From NCBI GenBank assembly GCA_003164785.1, contig PLUE01000065.1, forward strand, positions 30,003 to 94,002: DNA of 64,000 nt. The letters are read 5' to 3'. Positions 55,606 to 64,000 of this stretch are shown here, piece by piece; positions within the stretch are counted from its first letter, which is position 1, and each line of letters starts with the position of its first letter. The stretch comes from Gammaproteobacteria bacterium. Lineage in GTDB: Bacteria; Pseudomonadota; Gammaproteobacteria; Steroidobacterales; Steroidobacteraceae. The translations under genes were made by a program, and so were the position numbers. The notes beneath the pieces are model-generated. The model was not told the origin of the DNA, made no database searches, and saw only the letters and a program-made list of their open reading frames with translations.

Positions 55606-56552
55606 CCGCTGCTCGCCGCGTCGAGACTGTCGATGGCGTCACGATCCAATGACAGTTGCGCGCCCTTGATGAGATCGGTCAATTGCACGACGCTGGTGGC
55701 GCTGGCGATCGGTGCGGTCACGCTCGGCCGTGCGATCAGCCAGGCCAGCGAGACCTGCGCGGGAGTCGCGTTCAATCGGGCGGACACGGCATCGAGCGCC
55801 GCCAGTATGCGCAGCCCGCGCGGATTGAGCCGGTCGGCCATGCGCGCGCCGCGCGCGCTTTTCTTGAAATCCTCCGGCGAGCGATATTTGCCCGTCAGAA
55901 ACCCGCTGGCGAGCGAAAAATACGGGATGACGCCGACACCTTCCGCGACACACACCGGCTCCATATCCGTCTCGTAATTGGCACGGTCGACCAAGTTGTA
56001 ATTCGGCTGCAAGCTTTCGTAGCGCGGCCAGCCATGGCTGTCGCTGGCGCGCAGCGCTTCGGTCAGGCGCGCTCCCGTGTAGTTCGATGCGCCGATCACG
56101 CGCACTTTACCGGCGGCGATGAGCCGCGAATAGCCCTCCAGCGTTTCGTCGAGCGGGGTGGTCGCATCGTCGATGTGCGACTGATACAGATCGATATGGT
56201 CGGTCCGAAGGCGCTTCAGCGACGCTTCGACGGCGCGCGTCATGTACCCGCTCGACAGCCCCTTCATGTCCGGCCCCATCTCGGAGCCCATCTTGGTCGC
56301 GATGATCACCTGGTCGCGATTGCCGCGCGCGTGCAGCCAGTTGCCGATGATCGTCTCCGATTCGCCGCCCTGGTTGCCGGGTATCCAGCGGGAGTACGAA
56401 TCCGCGGTGTCGATGCAATTGAATCCCGCCGCGACGAAGGCGTCGAGCAGCGCAAATGACGTGGGTTCGTCGGCCGTCCAGCCGAAGACATTCCCCCCGA
56501 AAACCAAGGGCGCGATCCTCAGCTCCGATCTTCCCAGCCTGCGTTTCTGCAT
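55602..56552 (-). CDS. Aldo/keto reductase
   Basis: MQKRRLGRSELRIAPLVFGGNVFGW..., IDTADSYS and IDLYQSHIDD. The start at ATG 56552 was chosen on family length; the track ORF extends to 56834. Confidence 0.9.
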   Translation of the reverse strand: MQKRRLGRSELRIAPLVFGGNVFGWTADEPTSFALLDAFVAAGFNCIDTADSYSRWIPGNQGGESETIIGNWLHARGNRDQVIIATKMGSEMGPDMKGLSSGYMTRAVEASLKRLRTDHIDLYQSHIDDATTPLDETLEGYSRLIAAGKVRVIGASNYTGARLTEALRASDSHGWPRYESLQPNYNLVDRANYETDMEPVCVAEGVGVIPYFSLASGFLTGKYRSPEDFKKSARGARMADRLNPRGLRILAALDAVSARLNATPAQVSLAWLIARPSVTAPIASATSVVQLTDLIKGAQLSLDRDAIDSLDAASSG

Positions 56553-56603
56553 GTCGAACCTCGTGCGGTATTCGCACCCATAGTACGGTATCGTTGTGCA
56601 TCC

Positions 56604-57320
56604 ATGAAGCCCCAAAAGAACCGCCACGTGCTGGCCGTCGACGTCGGCGGCAGCCACGTAAAATTTCGAGTCTCGAGCCGGCCTGACGTGCGGCAGTTCG
56701 TCTCCGGTCCCGATCTCACGGCGGCCCGGATGGTCGCCAATGTTCACAAGATGACCGGCGACTGGACCTTCGGCGCGGTGTCCATCGGTTATCCCGGCAT
56801 CGTCATTCACGGCAAGATCGTGGTCGAACCGCACAATCTGGGCCGCGGATGGGTGGGCTTCGACTTCCGCAAGGCGTTCGCGCGTCCGACGCGGGTCATC
56901 AACGACTCCGCGATGCAGGCAATCGGCAGCTACGAAGGCGGCCGGATGTTGTTCCTCGGGCTGGGCACGGGCTTAGGCTCGGCGCTCATCGTCGATGGCG
57001 TCGTCGAGTCGATGGAACTGGCTCATTTGGCCTTCAAGAAAGGCAAGACCTACGAGGACTACGTCGGCGACGCCGGTCGGCGACGCTTGGGCCCGAAGAA
57101 ATGGCGGCGTGCGGTCGAGGCGGTCGTCGACCAATTACGGACCGCGCTCGAAGCCGACTACGTGGTGTTGGGCGGCGGCAATGCGCGCAAGCTGAAGAAA
57201 TTGCCGGAAGGCGCGATTCTGGGCAACAACGACTTCGCGTTCGTCGGCGGCTTTCGCATGTGGCGCGCGGGCGGCATCGGCGCGGGCGGCGCGCGTGCCG
57301 GGGCTAAGAGACGCGGCTGA
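56604..57320 (+). CDS. ROK family kinase (polyphosphate/ATP glucokinase-like)
   Basis: LAVDVGGSHVKF (phosphate-1 motif), VINDSAMQAIG, and LGLGTGLGSALIVDG. Confidence 0.8.
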   Translation: MKPQKNRHVLAVDVGGSHVKFRVSSRPDVRQFVSGPDLTAARMVANVHKMTGDWTFGAVSIGYPGIVIHGKIVVEPHNLGRGWVGFDFRKAFARPTRVINDSAMQAIGSYEGGRMLFLGLGTGLGSALIVDGVVESMELAHLAFKKGKTYEDYVGDAGRRRLGPKKWRRAVEAVVDQLRTALEADYVVLGGGNARKLKKLPEGAILGNNDFAFVGGFRMWRAGGIGAGGARAGAKRRG

Positions 57321-57322
57321 AG

Positions 57323-58111
57323 CTATTTGTCGCACCCTGCCAGTTGGCGAACGGCATTCACCACCACGCCGGGCTGATCGCGCTGGATGTAGTGACCGCT
57401 GTCCTCGACGTATAAGTGCTGCGCACCGGGGAAGTCGGCGGCGATTTCGTTCTGCTGCGTGACGGCGTCGGCGCGCTGCTCGGCCGTTTCGCTGGCCGTC
57501 AGGCGCGTGCTCGACAGTACGATGGTCGGCAGGCCGCGGATCGCCGGGCTGGCATTGACTTGGGCACCGGCGGCCGCGCTATCGCTCAATTCGTGCCGCA
57601 TGATGAGCGGTATGTACAACGTTACCGCAGTGCGGGCCTGATAGGGCGTATTCGCGGTGGCGTCGAGCTTCATTCCCTGCTTCCAATGGGTCGAATCGAT
57701 CAGCAGCAGGCCGGACACCTCCGTCGAAAAATTCCGCGCGAAATATTGCATGTAGAGGCCACCCAAGGAATGTCCGACCAGCACGTAGGGCGGGGGAACG
57801 TTGTGGCGGCGCAGTTCGTCGCGAAGCTCGCCCACGATGGCGGCGGCGTCCCGCACCGCGGCGGGCGGATCGCTGCCCACATAGCCGGCCCGGGTGTACG
57901 AAAAAGTTCGGGTGCAATGGTCGGCCACCCGCGATTGGATGCTTTGCCAGACGTCGAGCGTGTCGCCGAAGCCGGACTCGAACACCACCGTTCGGGCGCC
58001 GGCGCCCTCGATCACCACGCGATGCTGGAGCAGTTCGCCGGCCGCGGCCGCGCCGGTGGCAGCTGAATCCGCCAACAGTGCGAAGAACGCGGCGCGGCGC
58101 AAGATGCTCAT
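57323..58111 (-). CDS. Secreted alpha/beta hydrolase
   Basis: Signal peptide MSILRRAAFFALLADSAATGAAAA and nucleophile elbow VGHSLGG. The ATG overlaps the upstream MFS stop (ATGA). Confidence 0.8.
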   Translation of the reverse strand: MSILRRAAFFALLADSAATGAAAAGELLQHRVVIEGAGARTVVFESGFGDTLDVWQSIQSRVADHCTRTFSYTRAGYVGSDPPAAVRDAAAIVGELRDELRRHNVPPPYVLVGHSLGGLYMQYFARNFSTEVSGLLLIDSTHWKQGMKLDATANTPYQARTAVTLYIPLIMRHELSDSAAAGAQVNASPAIRGLPTIVLSSTRLTASETAEQRADAVTQQNEIAADFPGAQHLYVEDSGHYIQRDQPGVVVNAVRQLAGCDK

Positions 58112-59442
58112 GTCGGCGGCACCGGGGCTGGATCCGCTGACCCAGGCGATGTCTCGCCGTCCGTCGCCGGCGGCGGTGCGGGCTCGCGATGATAGGGCAG
58201 CCAGCCATAGATCTCGGGCGATGTTTGCGGATAGGCGAGGAACTCCTCGCGCTCCTGAGCCGCCTTGCCGATCTTGCGCCGGTACAGACGCCAGATGGTG
58301 AACAGCGTGAACGACAGGGTGAGCGCGATCACGTAGACGAAGAACGCGCGCGGCGTGGTGAGCTGAATGGCAAACGTGCCGGTCGTCGGACCGATGGCTG
58401 CTCCCAATGCCCACACGAACAGCAAGGTCGACGACAGGGCCACGTAGTCTGACACCACCGCTCGATCGTTTGCGTGGGCGACGCCGACCGCATACAGGCT
58501 TTCGGCCAGACCGCCGAAGATGGCGAACATCAGGGCAAACACCAGAAACGGCGTCCGGCCATTGGCGATGACGAGCACAGTGGCGACGGTCAGGACGCCG
58601 CTGCCGAGTCCGATCAACGTGTAGCGCCGGTCGACCTTGTCGGACAGATAGCCGATCGGCCATTGCAGGAACAAGCCGCCGAGCGACGTGCATGCCATCA
58701 GCAGGACGATATGGCGTTGATCGAACCCGATGCGCTCGCTGAACAAAGGCCCCACGGTGGTGAAGGCGGTCAAGATCAGGCCGTTCAGCAGGCACGCGAG
58801 AACGCTGACCGGGGAGGTCCGGAACGCCTTGAGGATCTCGAGTTTCACCGCGTGCGGCAGGACCGGCGCCCTCACGTCGATCGCCACCATCGGAACGAGC
58901 GCGAGCGTGGTCGCGATGCCGGCGATGAACAGAAGTTCGGGACCGAGAACGTTGAGATTCTGACCCAGCAGCTGGCCGATGCCGAAGAACAGCCCATACG
59001 TGAGGACGTACATGGTCAGCACGCGGCCGCGCTGCTCGTTGGGCGCGAGCGCGTTGAGCCAGCTTTCGACGACGATGGCGAGGCCCGCGGCGTTCAAGCC
59101 AATGAGAAACCTCAGCGGAGCGATCGTCGCCACGCCGCCGGCAAAGTGCAACCCCAGGATGGCGACCGCCTTCATGCCGGCAAAGGTCGCGTAGGCTCTC
59201 TCCAAGCCCACCGGGGCGATGATCTTGTGCGCATACAGACAACCGACCAGGAAGCCCAGCGCCTCGGCGGTGGCCAACAGGCCGATCACACCCGGCGAAT
59301 AGCCCATGGCGGAAAAGCGCAGCGGCAGCAGCGAACCCAAGACGCCGGCGCCGACCATGATCAGGGCGGTGCTGGCGAGCGGCGGCAGGACACGCCAGGG
59401 AATGGCGGTTGCACGGGGCGCGGAAACCTTCGTGGCAGTCAT
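58108..59442 (-). CDS. MFS transporter
   Basis: 444 aa with a 12-TM pattern. Confidence 0.85.
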   Translation of the reverse strand: MTATKVSAPRATAIPWRVLPPLASTALIMVGAGVLGSLLPLRFSAMGYSPGVIGLLATAEALGFLVGCLYAHKIIAPVGLERAYATFAGMKAVAILGLHFAGGVATIAPLRFLIGLNAAGLAIVVESWLNALAPNEQRGRVLTMYVLTYGLFFGIGQLLGQNLNVLGPELLFIAGIATTLALVPMVAIDVRAPVLPHAVKLEILKAFRTSPVSVLACLLNGLILTAFTTVGPLFSERIGFDQRHIVLLMACTSLGGLFLQWPIGYLSDKVDRRYTLIGLGSGVLTVATVLVIANGRTPFLVFALMFAIFGGLAESLYAVGVAHANDRAVVSDYVALSSTLLFVWALGAAIGPTTGTFAIQLTTPRAFFVYVIALTLSFTLFTIWRLYRRKIGKAAQEREEFLAYPQTSPEIYGWLPYHREPAPPPATDGETSPGSADPAPVPPT

Positions 59443-59512
59443 GCCGATTACGATACCAGCGATCGGCTTCCGATTGCGGCGTCCTCGGCGGGACCGCGAC
59501 GCAGCAGCCCGA

Positions 59513-60868
59513 TCAGCCCGGATGGAGACTCTTTGCGCGCGGCAGAAGATCGGCGTTACGGGTGAGGTACTCGCGCACCGCGCCCACGAATCCCTTCGTG
59601 TCGGCTTCCTTCATCGGCAGCGACAGGTTGATCATGCCGCGCTGCGCGACGAAATACCCGCGCTCGATCATCTCGAGTTGGAACAGCCGGCGCAGCGGCG
59701 ACGTGGGCGACTCCACCATCGAGGGTTCGGTGATTATGGCATCGTGCCAATGAGTGTTGAGCACCCCGCCGAGGCCGGTTGCCTGGAAGCCGATTCCGAG
59801 CGACCTGCCGAGCGCGTTCAATTGCAGACGCAGGCTATCGCCGAGCGAGTTGAGCCTGAGGCAGGCTTCCGGCGTGTACACGTCGCGTGCGCCCACCAAC
59901 CCCGCGCTCATGGCGACGACGTTGTTGTTGAACGTGCCTCCCTGGGAGAGCACGCCGCCGGCCGTCGAGTCGAGGTGGCGCATGAAATCACGCGCGCCGC
60001 CAAAGGCGCCGAACGCGAAGCCGCCGCCCCAAAACTTGCCGAGCGTGGTCATGTCGGGCGAGATGCCGCGCAGCCCCTGCACGCCACCCGGCGCCAAGCG
60101 GGAGCTCATGACCTCATCAAAAATCAAGACGATGCCCGCGCGACGCGTCTCCTCGCGCAGCATGTTGAGGAACTCGGTCGTCGCGGGGATGGCGCCCCCC
60201 GCGCCCATGATGGGTTCGACCAGCACCGCCGCGATATCGGGGGCGTTCGCCCGCAGCACCGCCCGTGTGCCCGCGACCTCGTTGTAAGTCGCCTTGATCA
60301 GGGGGAACGAGATGCTCAGCGGCGGGTCGACGGGCCCGTACGTCATGAACCCGCCGTGGTAGCACCCGTTGAACACCAACAGCTTCGGCCGGTTCGTGGC
60401 GTGGCGCGCCACCTGGGCTGCGAACAACACCGCTTCGGAGCCCGAGTTGCAGAATCGGATCTGTTCCATGGAGGGGATGCGCTGCGCGATGAGCTCCGCG
60501 AGTTCCACTTCCTTGGTGTTCAAGCTACTCAAGGAAACGCCGCCCTGCATGGTCTCGCGAACGGCCTCCTGGATCGGTGCGCAGGTGTGTCCGTACACGC
60601 CCGCGGCGTAATCGCCCACCATGTTCAAATAATCGTGACCGTCGAGATCGGTGATGCGCGCATCACGCCCGCCGGCGATCGTGAGCGGAAACGGCGAATA
60701 GAAGAGCGTCTGGCGCGAATGGCCGCCCGGCATCACGCGGGATGCGCGCTCGTGACGTGCGCGGCTCTGCGGATTGGCGGCGCCATACGCTTGTTCGGCA
60801 CGAAGGATGGCCGACTGGATAGCCGGCGTGGTCTCCAGTCTGATGGCGGGATTCATGTTGAAGCTCAT
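59513..60868 (-). CDS. Class III (aspartate aminotransferase fold type I) aminotransferase, GSA-aminomutase-like
   Basis: FCNSGSEAV, LIFDEVMSSR, and a GK..GGG region typical of omega-aminotransferases. Confidence 0.9.
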   Translation of the reverse strand: MSFNMNPAIRLETTPAIQSAILRAEQAYGAANPQSRARHERASRVMPGGHSRQTLFYSPFPLTIAGGRDARITDLDGHDYLNMVGDYAAGVYGHTCAPIQEAVRETMQGGVSLSSLNTKEVELAELIAQRIPSMEQIRFCNSGSEAVLFAAQVARHATNRPKLLVFNGCYHGGFMTYGPVDPPLSISFPLIKATYNEVAGTRAVLRANAPDIAAVLVEPIMGAGGAIPATTEFLNMLREETRRAGIVLIFDEVMSSRLAPGGVQGLRGISPDMTTLGKFWGGGFAFGAFGGARDFMRHLDSTAGGVLSQGGTFNNNVVAMSAGLVGARDVYTPEACLRLNSLGDSLRLQLNALGRSLGIGFQATGLGGVLNTHWHDAIITEPSMVESPTSPLRRLFQLEMIERGYFVAQRGMINLSLPMKEADTKGFVGAVREYLTRNADLLPRAKSLHPG

Positions 60869-60966
60869 TGCAAAGAGTCGTTAAGGAGTGTCGCCGGCCA
60901 ACATGAGGCCTTGAATGTCGCGATCACATCACGCGGCCGTCGATCACGTCAAGCCACGTGCGGCAG

Positions 60967-61911
60967 CTACGCGTCGAGCCACGCGAGGATGTTGGTCACC
61001 GTGTCGCCATAGAAGCGGCGGTAGAGGCCCCGGGAGACGTAGCCGATGTGCGGCGTGGCCAACAGATTGTCGAGGGACCGGTAGGGATGGTCCGCGCGAA
61101 GCGGCTCCGTATCGAAGACATCCACGGCCGCGCCGGCAATTTTGCGATCGTTCAACGCCGAAATCAGGGCGGTTTCGTCGACGATCGGACCGCGCGAGGT
61201 ATTGACGAGCCGCGCCGTGGGCTTCATGAGCGCGAACTCGGCGGGGCCCATGAGGCCCTTCGTGCGTGCGCTCAGCACCAAATGGATGGATACCACGTCC
61301 GACTCGCGCAGCAATTGCTCCTTCGACACCAGGCGCGCGCCGGCTGCCTCGGCCACCGCGGCGGTCAGGTTCTGGCTCCACGCGATGACCTTCATGCCGA
61401 ATGCCAGCGCCACCTTGGCCACCCGCGATCCCACGCTGCCGAGCCCGATGATTCCCAGTGTCATATCCGCCATGTCGTCGCCGACGGTGAGCTGCCAGCC
61501 GCCGCTGCGCAACGAAGCGCTTTCCGTCGTCAGGTGGCGGGCGCTCGCCAGAATCAATGCCCAGGTATGCTCGACGGTGGGCGTCGATGTATAGCTGGTA
61601 TTTGCCACACGAATGCCGCGCTCGCCGGCCGCGTCCAGATCGATCGATGCGTTGCGGCCGCCGGTGGAGCAGATCAACTTGAGCCGCGGCAGCCGCTGTA
61701 GGACATCCTTGCGCAACGGCGTGCGTTCCCGCATGACGCACACGACGTCATAGGGGAGCAGGCGCTGCACCACGGCATCCGCATCGGCCAGGTGATCGTT
61801 GAATATGTCGACCCTCGCCCGCGCCTGCACCGGCGACCAGTCGGCCATTTCCAGTGCGACGTCCTGATAATCGTCCAGAACGGCAATGTTGACCGGCTTC
61901 GTGGCATCCAT
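60967..61911 (-). CDS. D-isomer-specific 2-hydroxyacid dehydrogenase
   Basis: NAD fold LGIIGLGSVGSRVA, catalytic-region NTSRGPIVDE, and ATPHIGYVS. Confidence 0.85.
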   Translation of the reverse strand: MDATKPVNIAVLDDYQDVALEMADWSPVQARARVDIFNDHLADADAVVQRLLPYDVVCVMRERTPLRKDVLQRLPRLKLICSTGGRNASIDLDAAGERGIRVANTSYTSTPTVEHTWALILASARHLTTESASLRSGGWQLTVGDDMADMTLGIIGLGSVGSRVAKVALAFGMKVIAWSQNLTAAVAEAAGARLVSKEQLLRESDVVSIHLVLSARTKGLMGPAEFALMKPTARLVNTSRGPIVDETALISALNDRKIAGAAVDVFDTEPLRADHPYRSLDNLLATPHIGYVSRGLYRRFYGDTVTNILAWLDA

Positions 61912-62013
61912 GGGGTTCCTTGGGTCTCGGGTGAAAACGATTCTCGACGCGCGGTAGATCATAACGGCTTCGCGCGGCTCGTATCGGACGGCGGCATCAC
62001 CGCCGTCTGCCGA

Positions 62014-62790
62014 TCAGACGGCGGTGATGCCGCCGTCCACCGCGAAGACCTGGCCCGTGATGTGGCGCGCCGCGGCGCCGGCCAGCAATACCACGATGCC
62101 CTTCATGTCGTCGTCGGTGCCGAGCTGGTGGAGCGGCGTGGCAGCGGCCACGGACTCCCCGATACGTTCCAACAGCGTGCGGCTCATCTTGGACGGAATG
62201 AAGCCTGGGCAGATGGCATTGACCGCGATGCCGTGGGCGCCCCATTCCCCCGCGAGCGTCTTCGTCAGGCTGACGAGCCCGCCCTTGCTCGCGCTGTAGG
62301 CCACCGCCTTGAAATCGTCGGTCGATCCTTGCAGGGCGGCGATCGAGGCGATATTGACGATGCGTCCGTAGCGGCGCGGGATCATGCACGAGGAGGCGAC
62401 CTGCCGGGTGAGTTCCCATGTCCTGGTGAGGTTCACGCCGATCACCTTCTGCCACGCATCCAATGGATAGTCCTCGGCCCGCGCACCCCAAGTCGTTCCG
62501 GCGTTGTTGACGAGGATGTCGATCGCGCCGAGTGCCGCGACGACGGTGTCCACCAGCGCCTTCGCCGTGCTCGGCTGGCCGAGATCATGGACGAAGGTCT
62601 CCACCCCATGGCCTTGGGCTTCGAGAAGCGCCTTCGCGTCGGCGAGTTCGTCGGCCTTGCGGGCGGTGATCGCAACGCGCGCGCCCATCTCGGCCAGCGC
62701 CGATGCCATGGCCAACCCCAGCCCGCGCGAACCGCCCGTGACCAATGCCACGCGCCCCGACAAGTCGAACAGCTCGCTGACTTTCATCAC
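62014..62790 (-). CDS. SDR family oxidoreductase
   Basis: TGGSRGLG (TGxxxGxG), NNAG, and YSASKGG (YxxxK). Confidence 0.9.
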   Translation of the reverse strand: MMKVSELFDLSGRVALVTGGSRGLGLAMASALAEMGARVAITARKADELADAKALLEAQGHGVETFVHDLGQPSTAKALVDTVVAALGAIDILVNNAGTTWGARAEDYPLDAWQKVIGVNLTRTWELTRQVASSCMIPRRYGRIVNIASIAALQGSTDDFKAVAYSASKGGLVSLTKTLAGEWGAHGIAVNAICPGFIPSKMSRTLLERIGESVAAATPLHQLGTDDDMKGIVVLLAGAAARHITGQVFAVDGGITAV

Positions 62791-63122
62791 CGTCTCCCCG
62801 CTTGCGCGACGCTCACGTTCCAGCCGTGATCGTACACTCGATCACCCGGGTCGCGGGCGCGGTGGTGGGCATCCGCAGGCCGCGGGCGAGTCGATTGAAT
62901 GGCCACGGTGAATCGATGCTCAGAGCCACCCGCGGCCCGCGGTGCCCTGTCGCTACATTACGCTTTGGCGTGACGGATTCAAGCGCCGGTTCGATATAAA
63001 CGCAGACGCTGTCGACATAAGGATATGCGGACGCGGAAGCGGCTGGGCATTCCGCTGCGTGACCGCCTGTCGAACTTCCGGCGTGTTAGATTACCGGCTC
63101 TTTTTCCAAGGCGGGAGCGGCG

Positions 63123-63818
63123 ATGACCAATATACATTTGATCGGTGGAGAGAAGGGCGGCGTCGGCAAGTCCTTGGTATCGCGTCTGCTCGCGCAGTAC
63201 ATGATCGACAACAACATTCCTTTCCTCGGCTTCGACTCGGACCGGTCGCACGGCGCGCTGCTGCGCTTCTATGCGGGCTATGCGTCGCCGGTGTTGATCG
63301 ACAGCTACGAGAGTCTCGATGCGATCGTGGAAGCGGCCGCGGCGGTGCCGGAGCGGCGGATCCTGGTCGACCTCGCGGCGCAGACGCAGGAGCGACTCAC
63401 GCAGTGGATGGAGGATTCACAATTGCTGGAGGTCGCAGCGGAGCTGAACCTCAACATCCGTTATTGGCACGTGATGGATGCGGGCAAGGACTCGGTGGAT
63501 CTGCTCAAGCGACTGCTCGATCGTCACGGCGACCGGTTGAAGTACGTGTTGGTGCTGAACGAAATCCGCGGCGATGATTTTCGCATCCTGGACAAATCCG
63601 GCGAGAAGGAGCGCGCTCTGGCTCTGGGCGCGGTGATCATTCACGTGAAGCGCCTGCACGAAGTGTCGATGATCAAAATCGACGCCGCCAGCGTGAGCTT
63701 CTGGGCGGTGGCGAACAAGAGCGATGCCGATACCAGCGGACTGGGACTCCTCGAACGACAACGCGTCAAGGTGTGGCTCAAGAGCGCGTTTGCCGAGATT
63801 GCAAAACCGGGGGTTTGA
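63123..63818 (+). CDS. TraL/MobD-like P-loop ATPase (conjugative/mobilisation accessory protein)
   Basis: MTNIHLIGGEKGGVGKSLVSRLLAQYMID...FDSD... and the C-terminal ...LLERQRVKVWL resemble IncP TraL-type proteins as I recall them (IH.V.QGKGGVGKS ... RQRLK). Confidence 0.55.
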   Translation: MTNIHLIGGEKGGVGKSLVSRLLAQYMIDNNIPFLGFDSDRSHGALLRFYAGYASPVLIDSYESLDAIVEAAAAVPERRILVDLAAQTQERLTQWMEDSQLLEVAAELNLNIRYWHVMDAGKDSVDLLKRLLDRHGDRLKYVLVLNEIRGDDFRILDKSGEKERALALGAVIIHVKRLHEVSMIKIDAASVSFWAVANKSDADTSGLGLLERQRVKVWLKSAFAEIAKPGV

Positions 63819-63841
63819 TCCAGATTCACGTGCACGCCGTG

Positions 63842-63866
63842 CGTGCCGGCCGTGCGCGCCGGCACG
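63842..63866 (+). terminator. Hairpin downstream of the TraL-like gene
   Basis: 9-bp stem CGTGCCGGC / GCCGGCACG with 7-nt loop, 24 nt after the stop. No T-tract, so it could instead be a protein-binding inverted repeat. Confidence 0.35.
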
Positions 63867-63987
63867 TCGCGCCGTATCTGCGCAAATTCACCAGTTAGCG
63901 GCGTTTCGATTTTTTCGCGCGACTCTCAGACTGCGTTCAAGCGGATGTTTCTTCATCCGCGAACCACCTCAGTCAAAGGAGTCGTCA

Positions 63988-64000
63988 TGAATAGTTTCAC
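63988..64000 (+). CDS. Start of an unidentified CDS running off the window
   Basis: ATG preceded by AAGGAG at 6 nt. Only 4 codons are visible. Confidence 0.3.

Overview
This is a high-GC chromosomal segment, roughly mid-60s % GC by eye and not computed. It comes from a Gram-negative, probably environmental proteobacterium. Four islets look visibly AT-richer: about 3.76-6.17 kb, 8.8-9.5 kb, 23.5-24.4 kb and 32.1-34.1 kb. All family calls below come from motif and sequence recognition by eye; no database search was run.

I call about 50 apparently intact CDS:
- Transport and envelope: two TonB-dependent receptors, MMPL, MFS and APC transporters, and a porin-like outer-membrane protein paired with an EF-hand protein.
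- Hydrolases and redox enzymes: two amidohydrolases, an M13 peptidase, a multicopper oxidase, aldo/keto reductases, a carotenoid-oxygenase-family enzyme and a quinohemoprotein PQQ dehydrogenase.
- Phosphate and polyphosphate related: PPK2, a CHAD protein and a ROK kinase.
- Regulation and other: a fatty-acid desaturase next to an FNR-type regulator, a MASE1-PAS histidine kinase and an AraC regulator.
- Remaining metabolic genes: aminotransferase, 2-hydroxyacid dehydrogenase and SDR genes.
- Window end: a TraL/MobD-like ATPase.

No rRNA, tRNA or CRISPR array was seen.

The most interesting locus is 8.8-13.2 kb, a lasso-peptide-type RiPP locus. An unannotated 54-codon ORF (12417->12253, minus strand) has a YxxPxL-like leader motif, Thr at -2, Ser1...Asp8 and a C-terminal Ser. 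It sits 14 nt upstream of an internally deleted Asn-synthetase-like cyclase. An intact, translationally coupled arm faces it: PqqD-type RRE, then HPr-kinase-like kinase, then PAPS-type sulfotransferase, preceded by two unknown ORFs. No B2 protease or exporter lies in the window.

Other notable items:
- A divergent periplasmic cluster (44.9-54.7 kb) is built from repeated SnoaL/NTF2-like modules, a duplicated unknown protein, a PQQ dehydrogenase and a carotenoid-oxygenase homologue.
- An AT-richer two-gene cassette of unknown function lies at 4.17-5.94 kb.
- There is a coiled-coil/TM/FGE-sulfatase-domain protein.
- The density of gene remnants is unusual, with more than 10 truncated or frameshifted genes.
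- Four genes have homology-supported N-termini that lack a canonical start codon.
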